DNA from: Rhizobium sp. Q54 | GTDB taxonomy: Bacteria > Pseudomonadota > Alphaproteobacteria > UBA828 | Direction: 5' to 3' | Assembly (NCBI GenBank): GCA_945902735.1 | Contig: CAMDNF010000004.1 | Coordinates: 1 to 53,048, forward strand | DNA: 53,048 nt | Shown here: positions 9,732-20,405 of the stretch, in pieces | How the letters are laid out: the number at the start of each line of letters is the position of its first letter | Numbering within the stretch: the first letter of the stretch is position 1 | Notes under the pieces: generated by a model | What the model was told of the DNA's origin: nothing | Seen by the model: only the letters and a program-made list of their open reading frames with translations | Databases searched by the model: none | Translations under genes and position numbers: made by a program

Positions 9732-10442
9732 ATGCCAAACACCAACCTTCCCGCGCCCGGCGCGCTTGCCGGCATCGACACCTGGATTTTCGACCTCGAC
9801 AACACGCTCTATCCGGCGCGTTGCCGGCTGTTCGACCAGATCGACGTGCGCATTGGCGAGTTCATTCGGCGTTTTTTCGGCGTCGACCATGGCGAGGCCA
9901 AGCGCATCCAAAAGGCCTATTTCAAAGCCCATGGCACGACCCTGCGCGGGCTCATGCTCGAGCACAATTTGGCGCCCGAGGAATATCTCGATTATGTCCA
10001 CGACATCGATTTCTCGATCCTCGAACCGGCCGATCGGCTTGAACGGGCCTTGGGCAAGCTGGAGGGGCGCAAGCTCATCTTTACGAACGCCGACGTGCCG
10101 TATGCCGAGCGCGTCATGGCGCGGCTCGGGCTGCGCCATCATTTTGAGGACATATACGATATCGCCGCCGCGCGCTTCGTGCCGAAACCATTTCCGGAAG
10201 CCTACGCCACCTTGATCGAGCGCCACGCGGTAACGCCCGCGCGCAGCGCCTTTTTTGAGGATATCGCGCGCAACCTCGCTCCGGCCGCGGAACTCGGCAT
10301 GACGACAATCTGGGTTCGCCATGATGACGAATGGTCGTCCTGGGGCGCCGAGCATCATGACGCTGATTACACGACCGATGATTTGCCGATTTGGCTTGAG
10401 ACGCTGGTGAGCGGCCACGGCGCGAAACCAGGCGGCAATTGA
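9732..10442 (+). CDS. HAD-family pyrimidine 5'-nucleotidase-like hydrolase
   Basis: WIFDLDNTLY, HGTTLRGL, LIFTNAD, PKP, FFEDIARNL. Confidence 0.88.
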   Translation: MPNTNLPAPGALAGIDTWIFDLDNTLYPARCRLFDQIDVRIGEFIRRFFGVDHGEAKRIQKAYFKAHGTTLRGLMLEHNLAPEEYLDYVHDIDFSILEPADRLERALGKLEGRKLIFTNADVPYAERVMARLGLRHHFEDIYDIAAARFVPKPFPEAYATLIERHAVTPARSAFFEDIARNLAPAAELGMTTIWVRHDDEWSSWGAEHHDADYTTDDLPIWLETLVSGHGAKPGGN

Positions 10443-10466
10443 CAGGCCGGTCCCCCCAGTTACTTT
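10439..10466 (+). promoter_or_regulatory. Candidate sigma70 promoter for dapD-dapE
   Basis: TTGACA (10439-10444), 16 nt, TACTTT (10461-10466). Confidence 0.45.
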
Positions 10467-10496
10467 AGCCGCCGCTATTGATTGAGAGGGACCGCC

Positions 10497-11342
10497 GTGA
10501 ACGCCGCCGAACTTGAAGCCGCCATCAACGATTCCTGGGACAAGCGCGATACGCTTTCGCCCGCCACCACGGGCAAATCACGCGAGGCGGTGAATGCCGC
10601 GCTCGATGCCCTCGATTCAGGCAAATTCCGCGTCGCCGAGCCAGGCGCTAGCGGCTGGCGCGTCCATGAATGGCTCAAAAAAGCGGTGCTGCTTTCCTTC
10701 CGGCTCAATGACAACAAGCTGATTCCGGGCGGCCCCGGCGAGAACACCGCGTGGTTCGACAAAGTGCCGTCCAAATTCGCCTTCTGGGATGAGGCACGCT
10801 TTCGCGCCGCCGGCTTTCGCGCCGTGCCGGGTGCCGTGGTGCGCCGCTCGGCCTTCATCGCGCCGGGCGTCGTTCTGATGCCGAGCTTCGTCAATGTCGG
10901 CGCCTATGTCGCGTCCGGCACCATGATCGATACCTGGGCCACGGTCGGCTCCTGCGCGCAGATCGGCAAGAATTGTCATATCTCGGGCGGCGCCGGCATT
11001 GGCGGCGTGCTTGAACCACTGCAGGCCGCGCCCGTGATCATCGAGGATGGCTGCTTCATCGGGGCGCGCGCCGAAGTCGCTGAAGGCGTCATCGTCGAAA
11101 CCGGCTCGGTGCTCTCGATGGGGGTCTATCTCGGCGCCTCGACGCGCATTGTCGATCGCGCGACCGGCGAAATTCATTATGGCCGCGTACCGGCTTATTC
11201 GGTCGTGGTCTCAGGGACCATGCCGAGCAAATCGACCAACGCGCGCAATGATGATCCCAGCCTCTATTGCGCGGTGATCGTCAAACGCGTCGATGAAAAA
11301 ACCCGCGCCAAGACCTCGATCAACGAACTGTTGAGAGCCTGA
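10497..11342 (+). CDS. dapD: Tetrahydrodipicolinate N-succinyltransferase
   Basis: [57 protein letters not shown]; GTG 10497 after GAGGG preferred to TTG 10482. Confidence 0.97.
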   Translation: MNAAELEAAINDSWDKRDTLSPATTGKSREAVNAALDALDSGKFRVAEPGASGWRVHEWLKKAVLLSFRLNDNKLIPGGPGENTAWFDKVPSKFAFWDEARFRAAGFRAVPGAVVRRSAFIAPGVVLMPSFVNVGAYVASGTMIDTWATVGSCAQIGKNCHISGGAGIGGVLEPLQAAPVIIEDGCFIGARAEVAEGVIVETGSVLSMGVYLGASTRIVDRATGEIHYGRVPAYSVVVSGTMPSKSTNARNDDPSLYCAVIVKRVDEKTRAKTSINELLRA

Positions 11343-11347
11343 GCATC

Positions 11348-12502
11348 ATGGCGGGTCTCGACCAGCCGCTCGCGCTCGCGCAAGAGCTGATTCGCTGTCA
11401 GAGCGTGACGCCGGCCGATGGCGGCACGCTCGATGTGTTGCAGCGTGCGCTAGAGTCGCTCGGCTTTCTCTGCACCCGCCTGCCCTTTGCCGAGCCCGGC
11501 ACACCCGATATCGATAATCTCTATGCGCGCCTAGGTACCGCCGCGCCGAATTTTTGCTTCGCCGGCCATAGCGATGTCGTGCCGGTCGGCGACCGCGCGC
11601 GCTGGACGGTCGATCCCTTCGGCGCGAGCGTCGCGGGCGGCGCGCTTTTTGGTCGCGGTGCCGCCGACATGAAGGGCGCGATCGCGGCCTTTATCGCGGC
11701 GGTCGCGCGCGTGAAGAACGACGGTCAAAAACTCAAGGGCTCGATCTCGCTGCTGATCACGGGCGATGAAGAAGGCCCCTCGATCAATGGCACAAAAAAA
11801 ATGCTGCGCGCGCTGACCGAACGCGGCGAAAAATTCGACGCCTGTTTGGTCGGCGAGCCAACCAACCCGACCAAACTTGGCGAGATGATCAAGATCGGCC
11901 GGCGCGGCAGTTTATCGGGCTGGCTCAAAGTGACCGGCGTGCAAGGCCACACCGCCTATCCGCATCTGGCGGACAACCCAGTGCCACGCCTGTTGCGCAT
12001 GCTGCGCGTGATGAGCGAGACCACGCTCGATGACGGCACCGCGCATTTTCAACCCTCGAATCTGCAAATCACGTCGGTCGATGTCGGCAATCCGGCAACC
12101 AATGTGATTCCGGGCGAAGCGCGCGCGGCCTTCAACATCCGCTTCAATGATCGCCATACCGGAAAGAGCCTTGAGGACTGGCTGCGCCGCGAGTTCGATG
12201 CGATCGGCGGCGCCTATGAGCTGGCGATCCAAGTTTCCGGCGAAGCCTTCCTGACGCCACCCGGCCCACTCTCAAGCCTGATCGCGCGCGCGGCCGAGGC
12301 TGTCACGGGGCTCAAGCCCGAACTCTCGACCACAGGCGGCACGTCGGACGCGCGCTTCATCAAGGATTATTGTCCGGTCGCCGAATTCGGCCTGGTCGGC
12401 CAGACCATGCACAAGGTCGATGAACGCGTGAACCTCGCCGACCTCGACGCGTTGACGCGCATCTATCAAGGCGTGCTCGAAGGCTTTTTCGCGACTCGCT
12501 GA
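11348..12502 (+). CDS. dapE: Succinyl-diaminopimelate desuccinylase
   Basis: [57 protein letters not shown]. Confidence 0.97.
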   Translation: MAGLDQPLALAQELIRCQSVTPADGGTLDVLQRALESLGFLCTRLPFAEPGTPDIDNLYARLGTAAPNFCFAGHSDVVPVGDRARWTVDPFGASVAGGALFGRGAADMKGAIAAFIAAVARVKNDGQKLKGSISLLITGDEEGPSINGTKKMLRALTERGEKFDACLVGEPTNPTKLGEMIKIGRRGSLSGWLKVTGVQGHTAYPHLADNPVPRLLRMLRVMSETTLDDGTAHFQPSNLQITSVDVGNPATNVIPGEARAAFNIRFNDRHTGKSLEDWLRREFDAIGGAYELAIQVSGEAFLTPPGPLSSLIARAAEAVTGLKPELSTTGGTSDARFIKDYCPVAEFGLVGQTMHKVDERVNLADLDALTRIYQGVLEGFFATR

Positions 12503-12506
12503 GTGG

Positions 12507-12546
12507 GGCTCAGCTCGGCTCAGCGCGGCTCAGCTTAGCTCAGCTC
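12507..12546. repeat. Four tandem 10-bp units, each containing GCTCAGC
   Basis: ggctcagctc / ggctcagcgc / ggctcagctt / agctcagctc read directly. Confidence 0.85.
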
Positions 12547-12557
12547 ATACCTTCTTC

Positions 12558-12716
12558 GGCATTGCCGGGCGAAGACCCGGCAATCCAGTGACCGCAACAG
12601 TCCAACTTGTTCGAGAAAGAGCTGGATGCGCGGGTCAAGCCCGCGCATGACGGTTGGGGAGATACGCCGCCTGCGCTAACTAACCGTGAGAACGCGGCTC
12701 AAGCCCGGCCATGACA
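12558..12716. repeat. REP-like palindromic repeat, family A (doublet plus a degenerate third arm)
   Basis: attgccggg-cgaaga-cccggcaat; ctggatgcgcgggtcaagcccgcgcatgac (12622-12651); partial tcaagcccggccatgac near 12700-12715. Close match to 49479-49555. Confidence 0.85.
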
Positions 12717-12726
12717 ATCGTTGAAG

Positions 12727-14355
12727 CTATGTCTTCACCACGCCGCCTTCGACCGCGCGCAATTCGAACGCCGCCGCCATGAGCGCCCGCGTATAAGCGG
12801 TCTTGGGATTGTCGAACACCTCGGCCGATGGCCCCTGCTCGACCACGACGCCATCCTTCAGCACCACCACATCATGGCTGAGCGCGCGCACGACGCGCAG
12901 ATCATGGCTGATGAAGAGATAGGCCAGCCGATAGCGATCCTGCAACGAGCGCAAGAGGTCGATGATTTGCGCCTGGACCGACATATCGAGCGCGCTGGTC
13001 GGTTCATCGAGCACGACGAGGCGCGGCTTCAACACCAGCGCGCGCGCGATCGAGATGCGCTGGCGCTGACCGCCCGAGAATTCGTGCGGATAACGGTCCT
13101 GCATCGTGGCGTTGAGACCGACCTCTTCGAGCACTTGCGCGACCAAGGCGCGGCGCTCCGCCTCATCCTTTCCGATGCGGTGAACCTCAAGCCCTTCGGC
13201 GATGATCTCATAAACCGAGAGCCTCGGGCTCAAGGATGAGAACGGGTCCTGGAAGACCACCTGCATGCGCCTTCTCAGCGGCCGCATCTCGCCAAAGCCA
13301 TAAGCCTCGATCGGCGTGCCCTCGAAGGCGATGCGCCCCATGCTCTTGACCAAGCGCAGCAGCGCGAAGCCGAGCGTTGTCTTGCCCGAGCCTGATTCAC
13401 CCACAATGCCGACCGTATGACCCTCGCGCACCGTGATCGTCACGCCATCGACCGCCTTCACATAACCAACCGTCGAGCGAAACACGCCGGCCTTGATCGG
13501 GAAATGCACTTTGAGGTCGGTGCATTCGATGATAACCGGCGCTAAGAAATCGGATTTGAGCGGATTGCCCTTGGGCTCGGCCGCCAGCAGCATTTGGGTA
13601 TAGGGATGTTTCGGCGCGGCGAACAAAGCGGCGGTTTCACCCGTCTCGACGATCTTGCCGTCCTTCATCACGCAAACGCGGTTCGAGACATGACGCACGA
13701 TGTTGAGATCATGGGTGATCAACAACACCGCCATGCCATTGCGCCGCTGCATCTCGCCCAGAAGCTTCAGGATTTGCGCCTGGATGGTGACATCGACCGC
13801 CGTGGTCGGCTCATCGGCGATCAACAAATCGGGCTCGTTCGCCAGCGCCATGGCGATCATCACGCGCTGGCGCTGACCGCCGGAAAGTTCGTGCGGAAAG
13901 GCTTTCAACCGCCGCGCCGCGTCGCTCAAGCCCACCATTTCGAGCAGGGTCTGGGCGCGCTTCCACTCCTCAGGCTTTGCCACGGCGCGATGGAGAATCA
14001 GGATCTCGGCGATCTGCCTGCCGATGGTGTGAAGCGGGTTTAGCGAGGTCATCGGCTCTTGGAAAATCATCGCGACGCGATTGCCGCGCACGCGCCGCAA
14101 ATCGCGCTCGGGTGCGCCGATCATCTCGCGCCCCTCGACCAAAATACTGCCGCGCGGGTGACGCGCCACCGGATAGGGTAAAAGCTGCAAGATCGACAGC
14201 GCGCTGACCGATTTGCCCGAGCCCGATTCACCGACCAGCGCCAGCGTCTCGCCCTTGTTGATATAGAACGACACGCCATCGACCGCAACGTGCTCCCGCT
14301 CGCCCGAACGGAAGCTGACAGCCAGGTCGCGCACCTGAAGGAAAGGCGGGCTCAT
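12727..14355 (-). CDS. yejF: Peptide ABC transporter double ATP-binding subunit (YejF-like)
   Basis: Two Walker A motifs ([16 protein letters not shown]), two signatures ([16 protein letters not shown]), DEPT twice; ATG 14355 overlaps the upstream stop. Confidence 0.88.
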   Translation of the reverse strand: MSPPFLQVRDLAVSFRSGEREHVAVDGVSFYINKGETLALVGESGSGKSVSALSILQLLPYPVARHPRGSILVEGREMIGAPERDLRRVRGNRVAMIFQEPMTSLNPLHTIGRQIAEILILHRAVAKPEEWKRAQTLLEMVGLSDAARRLKAFPHELSGGQRQRVMIAMALANEPDLLIADEPTTAVDVTIQAQILKLLGEMQRRNGMAVLLITHDLNIVRHVSNRVCVMKDGKIVETGETAALFAAPKHPYTQMLLAAEPKGNPLKSDFLAPVIIECTDLKVHFPIKAGVFRSTVGYVKAVDGVTITVREGHTVGIVGESGSGKTTLGFALLRLVKSMGRIAFEGTPIEAYGFGEMRPLRRRMQVVFQDPFSSLSPRLSVYEIIAEGLEVHRIGKDEAERRALVAQVLEEVGLNATMQDRYPHEFSGGQRQRISIARALVLKPRLVVLDEPTSALDMSVQAQIIDLLRSLQDRYRLAYLFISHDLRVVRALSHDVVVLKDGVVVEQGPSAEVFDNPKTAYTRALMAAAFELRAVEGGVVKT

Positions 14356-15401
14356 CGCGCCGTCAGCTTTCGCGGGTCGAAGGCATCGCGGATCGCCTCG
14401 CCGATGAAAATCATCAAGGTCAGCATGATCGCGAGCACGAAAAAGCCGGTGAAGCCCAGCCACGGCGCCTGCAGATTGGACTTACCCTGTTGCAGCAACT
14501 CACCCAATGACGGCGAACCCGGCGGCAGACCGAAACCCAGAAAGTCAAGCGCGGTCAGCGTGGTGATCGAACCGTTAAGAATGAACGGCAAAAAGGTCAG
14601 AGCGGAGACCATGGCATTCGGCAGAGCGTGCCGCATGATGATGGTGCGATCGCGCACGCCAAGGGCGCGCGCCGCGCGGATATAGTCGAAATTTCGCACG
14701 CGGAAAAATTCAGCGCGCACCACGTCAACCAACCCCATCCAGCTGAACAACAGCATCAAGCCGAGCAACAGCCAGAACGAGGGCTCGATGATGCTGGCGA
14801 GAATGATCAGGAGAAAAAGCTGCGGCAGGCCCGACCAAATTTCGATGAAGCGCTGAAAGCCGAGATCGATCCAACCGCCAAAAAACCCCTGCACCGCGCC
14901 CGCCGCGATGCCAATAATCGATGAGAGCACCGTGAGCACCAACCCAAACAGCACCGAAATGCGAAAGCCATAGATCAACCGCGCCAAGACATCGCGCCCC
15001 TGATCGTCGGTGCCCAGAAGGTTCACGTCCGAGGGCGGCGCCGGCGCGGGGACATCGAGGTCGTAATTGATCGTGCGATAGCTATAGGGAATCGCCGGCC
15101 ACAGCACCCAGCCTTTGTCGTCGATCAATTGCTTGACCACCGGGTCGCGATAATCCGCCTCGGTCTCGAAATCGCCGCCAAAGGCGGTCTCGGGGTAGGT
15201 GATGACGAACGGAAAATAGAGCGTGCCGTCATAGGAAACGACCAGCGGCTTGTCGTTCGCCAAAAGCTCGGCGAATAGACTGAGCACGAACAGAACAAGA
15301 AAAACCCAGAGCGAAATAAAGCCGCGCCGATTGGCCCTGAAATTGCGCCAGCGCCGGACCGTCAACGGCCTCAGTTTGAGCCCCAGAATCCGCCCGCTCA
15401 T
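14352..15401 (-). CDS. yejE: Peptide ABC transporter permease (YejE-like)
   Basis: RRWRNFRANRRGFISLW, LGTDDQGRDVLARLIYGFRIS, YIRAARALG, LDFLGFGLPPGSPSLGELL. Confidence 0.88.
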   Translation of the reverse strand: MSGRILGLKLRPLTVRRWRNFRANRRGFISLWVFLVLFVLSLFAELLANDKPLVVSYDGTLYFPFVITYPETAFGGDFETEADYRDPVVKQLIDDKGWVLWPAIPYSYRTINYDLDVPAPAPPSDVNLLGTDDQGRDVLARLIYGFRISVLFGLVLTVLSSIIGIAAGAVQGFFGGWIDLGFQRFIEIWSGLPQLFLLIILASIIEPSFWLLLGLMLLFSWMGLVDVVRAEFFRVRNFDYIRAARALGVRDRTIIMRHALPNAMVSALTFLPFILNGSITTLTALDFLGFGLPPGSPSLGELLQQGKSNLQAPWLGFTGFFVLAIMLTLMIFIGEAIRDAFDPRKLTAR

Positions 15402-15404
15402 CGC

Positions 15405-16520
15405 CTAGATCCGTCGCCTGTCGAAATCGATCCGTGGATCGACCAGCACATAGGTCAAATCGCCGATCAGTTTCACCACAAGACCGAGCAGAGTGAAAAA
15501 GAACAGCGTGCCGAAAATAATCGGATAATCGCGCCCGATCAGCGCCTCGAAACCCAACAGCCCAAGCCCATCGAGCGAAAAAATCACCTCGATCAAAAGC
15601 GAGCTTGTGAACAAAATGCCGATGAACGAGGCCGGCGCGCCGGCGACGATGATCAGCATCGCATTACGAAAGACATGACCGTAAAGCACGCGCCGCTCGG
15701 CCAATCCCTTGGCCCGCGCTGTGATGACATATTGCTTGTTGATCTCCTCCAGGAAGGAATTCTTGGTCAACATGGTCAGCGTGGCGAAACCGCCGATCAT
15801 CATGGCGGTGATCGGCAAGATCAGATGCCAAAAATAATCGCCGATCTTGCCGAGGAGCGAAAGCTCGCTCCAATTCGGCGAGACAATGCCGCGCAAGGGG
15901 AACCAATCGAGGTAGGATCCGCCCGCGAACAGCACGACCAAAAAAATTGCGAACAGGAAGCTCGGAATCGAATAACCAATGGCGATGACCGTGCTGGTCC
16001 ATAAATCGAAGCGCGTGCCATCCCTGACCGCCTTTCTGATGCCGAGCGGAATGCACACAAGATAGGTGAGAATCGTCGTCCACAGCCCAAGCGAGATCGA
16101 CACCGGCATTTTATCGAGCACGAGATCCACGACGCGGCGATCGCGGAAGAAGCTCTTGCCGAAATCGAAGCGGACATATTGCCCGAGCATCTGAAAGAAG
16201 CGCTCATGAACCGGCTTGTCGAAGCCATAAAGCTTCTCGATGTCCTTGATCAAATTGGGCGGCAGGCCGCGCGCGCCGCGATATTTGCTATTCGCCTCGG
16301 CGGCCGCGTTGGCGCCGGCGGCATTTTGCGCGCCCGACACTTCAGCGCCCGATGAGCCGCCAATCCGCGCGGTTGCCTCGACCGCGGTGCCGGTGAGCTT
16401 GGCGATCAATTGCTCGACCGGGCCGCCCGGCGCCACCTGGATGATCGCAAAATTGATCACCATGATCCCGAACAGCGTCGGAATGATCAGCAGCAGACGG
16501 CGGATGATATAGGCGAACAT
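15405..16520 (-). CDS. yejB: Peptide ABC transporter permease (YejB-like)
   Basis: [19 protein letters not shown]...[37 protein letters not shown]. Confidence 0.9.
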   Translation of the reverse strand: MFAYIIRRLLLIIPTLFGIMVINFAIIQVAPGGPVEQLIAKLTGTAVEATARIGGSSGAEVSGAQNAAGANAAAEANSKYRGARGLPPNLIKDIEKLYGFDKPVHERFFQMLGQYVRFDFGKSFFRDRRVVDLVLDKMPVSISLGLWTTILTYLVCIPLGIRKAVRDGTRFDLWTSTVIAIGYSIPSFLFAIFLVVLFAGGSYLDWFPLRGIVSPNWSELSLLGKIGDYFWHLILPITAMMIGGFATLTMLTKNSFLEEINKQYVITARAKGLAERRVLYGHVFRNAMLIIVAGAPASFIGILFTSSLLIEVIFSLDGLGLLGFEALIGRDYPIIFGTLFFFTLLGLVVKLIGDLTYVLVDPRIDFDRRRI

Positions 16521-16541
16521 GACGTGGCTTCGCGTCCCCTT

Positions 16542-18398
16542 CTACTCGGTCTTGAGCAAAGCGGCGCCCTCGGCGATGGCCTTCTCCTTGGCCGGATTGA
16601 TCCACCACGCATCGATAAAGCCGAGACCGTATTTCGGGCTAATCTTCGGGCGCTCGAAAATATCCCAATAGGCGATACGAAATGTCCGGATATGCCAATT
16701 TGGAACCACGTAATAGCCAAACAACAATACCCGATCGAGCGCGCGCGTCGCGGTGATCAGAGATTTGCGATCCTTGGCCGCGATGACATGCTCGATCAGA
16801 ATATCGATCGCTTTGGATTTGATCCCGACCACATTGCCGGAATCCGGCGCATCGGCCGCCTTGCTCGACCAATAATTGCGTTGTTCATTGCCCGGCGAGA
16901 GCGATTGGCCAAACGATTGAACCACCATGTCGAAATCGAACTTCCGAAGGCGTTCGACATATTGGGAGGAGTCAACCACGCGCAATTTGCATTCAATGCC
17001 AAGGCGCGCCAGGCTCTTGGCATAGGGGCCGACGATGCGCTCAAAGCCCGGGCTTCCCATCAGAAACTCGAATTCCATCGGTCGGCCGGTCTTGGGGTCG
17101 ATCCGTTTCTTGTCCTTGACCACATAACCCGCCGCATCCAAGAGCGCCGCCGCGTTTTTCAAATTCGCGCGGTTGTTGCCCGAACCATCGGTTGCGGGCG
17201 CCTTGTATTCCTGCGTGAGAGGCTCAGGCGGCAGATCGGCCTTGAGCGGCTCAAGAAGCGCGAGTTCCTCCGCGCTCGGCAAGCCCGATGACGCTAATTC
17301 GGAATTGGAGAAATAGCTCTCCGTCCGCGTGTACTGGCCATAGAAAAGATTCTTGTTCGCCCATTCGAAATCGAACGCCTGAATCAACGCCTGACGCACG
17401 CGCACATCGGCGAACAAAGACCGACGGATATTGACGGCAAAACCCTGCATGCCGGTCGGCAATTCGTGACGCAATTCCTCCTTGATCGTGAGCTTTCGGT
17501 CGAAATTTGGGCCGACATATTGCGTCGCCCATTCCTTGGCGGAATTTTCGACACGAAAATCATATGCGTGCGCCTTAAAAGCCTCGAGCGCGACCGTCGG
17601 ATCGCGGAAATAGTCATAACGGATGAGATCGTAATTATATCGCCCGCGTTGGCGCGGAAAATTGGCGCCCCAATAATCCTTGACGCGCTCATAAGTGATC
17701 GAGCGCCCGCTTTCAACCTTGGACACTTTATAAGGCCCGCTGCCGAGCGGCGGCTGGAGCGTGGTCTCGTCGAATTTGTGCGCGGTGTAATAAGCCTTCG
17801 AGATGATCGGCAATTGGCCGATGATCAGCGGCAGCTCGCGATTCTCGCCGCCCGAGAAACTGAATTTAACGCGCCGCTCGCCCAAATCCTCGGCTCTATC
17901 TACGTTCGCGTAATAGAGCCGATAATTCGGGCTGCCCTGGGTCTTCAGCGTCTCCAGAGAAAAAATCACATCGGCGACGGTAATCGGCGTGCCGTCATGC
18001 CAGCGCGCTTCGGCGCGCAGCGTGAAGATCACCCAAGAGCGATCGGCCGGCATCTCGATCCTCTCGGCGATCAAGCCATATTCCGAGAACGCCTCGTCGC
18101 TTGATGGTTCCATCAGCGTCTCGAAAACCAAATTGATTCCGTCGGCCGCGACACCCTTGATGATAAAAGGGTTCAAATTGTCATAGGTACCGACCGAGGC
18201 CAGCCTGAGCGTGCCGCCCTTGGGCGCATCGGGGTTGACATAGTCAAAGCCCTGATCGGGCCCATATTTGAGATCGCCATGCATGGCGATGCCGTGGCTG
18301 ACATAGAGACCATCATCGGCGAGCGCGAACGCCGAACCGAAACTCAACCCCAAGGCCGCAGCGAGACAGGCAAATCGGCGATACAGGCGCAAACGCAT
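16542..18398 (-). CDS. yejA: Extracellular peptide-binding protein (YejA-like), copy 2
   Basis: Signal peptide, HGIAMHGDLKY...YVNPDAPKGG, YGLIAE, PLGSGPY, FDFEWANKNLF; start trimmed to ATG 18398. Confidence 0.85.
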   Translation of the reverse strand: MRLRLYRRFACLAAALGLSFGSAFALADDGLYVSHGIAMHGDLKYGPDQGFDYVNPDAPKGGTLRLASVGTYDNLNPFIIKGVAADGINLVFETLMEPSSDEAFSEYGLIAERIEMPADRSWVIFTLRAEARWHDGTPITVADVIFSLETLKTQGSPNYRLYYANVDRAEDLGERRVKFSFSGGENRELPLIIGQLPIISKAYYTAHKFDETTLQPPLGSGPYKVSKVESGRSITYERVKDYWGANFPRQRGRYNYDLIRYDYFRDPTVALEAFKAHAYDFRVENSAKEWATQYVGPNFDRKLTIKEELRHELPTGMQGFAVNIRRSLFADVRVRQALIQAFDFEWANKNLFYGQYTRTESYFSNSELASSGLPSAEELALLEPLKADLPPEPLTQEYKAPATDGSGNNRANLKNAAALLDAAGYVVKDKKRIDPKTGRPMEFEFLMGSPGFERIVGPYAKSLARLGIECKLRVVDSSQYVERLRKFDFDMVVQSFGQSLSPGNEQRNYWSSKAADAPDSGNVVGIKSKAIDILIEHVIAAKDRKSLITATRALDRVLLFGYYVVPNWHIRTFRIAYWDIFERPKISPKYGLGFIDAWWINPAKEKAIAEGAALLKTE

Positions 18399-18439
18399 CA
18401 AGCAAGACTCCTCTAGGCGCCGCGAATCCTGACGCCGCG

Positions 18440-20293
18440 TCAATCTATCCGCTTCCCCGCCGCGCTCAATGCCGCCTCTTTCGCCGGATCGACCCACCAC
18501 GTGTCGAGGCCAAGGCTATAAAGCGGCGCTTTTGCCGGGCGGCCAAATTTGTTCCAATAGATCAAATCATACCGGCCCTTATACCATTGCGGCACCATGT
18601 AGTGCCCGAACAGCAAAACGCGATCGAGCGCGCGCGTGGCCGCAAGCAAGGCCGGCCGATCGGCGGCGCCCAGCACCGTCTCGATCAGCGCATCGACGAC
18701 CTCGTTCTTGATGGCGGCGAGATTGCGACTGCCATCGTGGCTGGCCGCGGCCGAGCCGAAATAGCCGCGCAGCTCGGCGCCGGGCGAGAGCGATTGAACA
18801 TAACGCTGAATGATGAGGTCGAAATCGAACGTCTTGAGGCGATTCTCGTATTGGGCCGGATCAACCAGGCGAAGCGTGGTGACGAAACCGAGCTTTTCAA
18901 GATTGCGCGCATAGGGCGCGATGATCCGCTCGAAGGCGGGTTCAAAATAAAGAAACTCAAGCTTGAACGGCTCGCCGGTTGATGGCTCGAGCAACTTGCC
19001 ACCCGCCACGCGCAGGCCGGCTTCGCTCAGCAGTTTTCTAGCGGCACGTAGATTGGCGCACGCCTCACCCGAGCCGTCGGTCGCGGCCGGCGTGAACGCC
19101 GTGTTGAACAACTCAGCCGGCAGCTTGGCGCGGAAGGGGTTGAGCAGCGCGAGCTCGTCCGCCTCGGGTAGGCCGCGCGCTGCCAGTTCGGAGTTTTCAA
19201 AAAAGCTCGCCATGCGTTTATATTGCTCGTGGAACATCGTCTGGTTGGTCCACTCGAAATCAAAGGCGAGGTCGAGCGCCTGACGCACGCGTCGGTCGGC
19301 GAATTTGGCGCGCCGCGTGTTGATGAAAAACGCTTGCACGCCGGAAGGGGTGTTGTCCGCCAGGCTCTCTTTCACGATATGACCTTCGGCGATCTCGGGC
19401 AGGTCATAGCCGGTCACCCAGGTCTTCGATGTGAATTCCTCGTGCCAGTTGAACGCCCCCGCCTTGAACGCCTCGACCAACACCGTGCGGTCGCGATAAT
19501 AGTCATAGCGGATGGTGTCGAAATTGTGCCGGCCGATGCGAACCGGCAATTGCGCCGCCCAATGATTGGGCACGCGCTCATAAACGATGCTGCGCCCCGG
19601 ATCGGCCGATTTGACTCGATAGGGACCGCTGCCAAGGGGCGGTTCGACGGTGGTCTGATTGAATTTGTGCTTGCTGTAATAGGCCTTCGACAGAATCGGC
19701 ATGGCGCCAACGAGCAGCGGCAATTTGCGATTTTCGATCGTACGGAAGCGGAAGCGCACGGCATTCGGCGCCAGCGCCTCGGCCGCCACGACATCGGCAT
19801 AAAGTATCTGGAAGGTCGGGTTGCCCTCCTTGAGCAGCGTCTCATAGGAGAACACCACGTCGGCCGCCGTGATCGGCATGCCGTCATGAAAGCGCGCCAT
19901 CGGATTCAAGATGAATGTCACCGACCGACGATCGGGCGCCAGCGTGACGCTCCGTGCGATCAGACCATAGGCCGCATCGGGTTCGTCTTGCGAAGGCTCC
20001 AGCAGGGATTCGAAAACAAACTGGTCCACGCCCTCGGCCGGCACGCCCTTCAAGATGAAGGGGTTGAGACTATCGAAGGTGCCGTCGAGACCGCGACTAT
20101 AGGTGCCGCCCTTCGGCGCATTCGGGTCGACATAATCGAAATGCTCGAAATCGGCGTCATAGTTGAGCGGCCCGAACAGCGAAAGGCCATGGCGCGAGCT
20201 GCCGTCATCCGCCGTTGCGGAGGCGTAGGCAAGAAACAACGCGGCGAGACCCACGCCTAGCGCACGCCCCACCTCAAAGAGTCGCTTTTTCAT
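18440..20293 (-). CDS. yejA: Extracellular peptide-binding protein (YejA-like), copy 1
   Basis: Signal peptide, HGLSLFGPLNY...YVDPNAPKGG, PPLGSGPY, AFDFEWTNQTMF; start trimmed to ATG 20293. Confidence 0.82.
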   Translation of the reverse strand: MKKRLFEVGRALGVGLAALFLAYASATADDGSSRHGLSLFGPLNYDADFEHFDYVDPNAPKGGTYSRGLDGTFDSLNPFILKGVPAEGVDQFVFESLLEPSQDEPDAAYGLIARSVTLAPDRRSVTFILNPMARFHDGMPITAADVVFSYETLLKEGNPTFQILYADVVAAEALAPNAVRFRFRTIENRKLPLLVGAMPILSKAYYSKHKFNQTTVEPPLGSGPYRVKSADPGRSIVYERVPNHWAAQLPVRIGRHNFDTIRYDYYRDRTVLVEAFKAGAFNWHEEFTSKTWVTGYDLPEIAEGHIVKESLADNTPSGVQAFFINTRRAKFADRRVRQALDLAFDFEWTNQTMFHEQYKRMASFFENSELAARGLPEADELALLNPFRAKLPAELFNTAFTPAATDGSGEACANLRAARKLLSEAGLRVAGGKLLEPSTGEPFKLEFLYFEPAFERIIAPYARNLEKLGFVTTLRLVDPAQYENRLKTFDFDLIIQRYVQSLSPGAELRGYFGSAAASHDGSRNLAAIKNEVVDALIETVLGAADRPALLAATRALDRVLLFGHYMVPQWYKGRYDLIYWNKFGRPAKAPLYSLGLDTWWVDPAKEAALSAAGKRID

Positions 20294-20405
20294 CCGTCCA
20301 GGCAAATGAACCGCGTCGCAAGCAAACAAGCGGGTCATCGGGCGACTCGGGATCATGTCGACACTTTGCCCTGTGGCGCCCCTATTGAAAAGCGATGGGC
20401 CGTCT

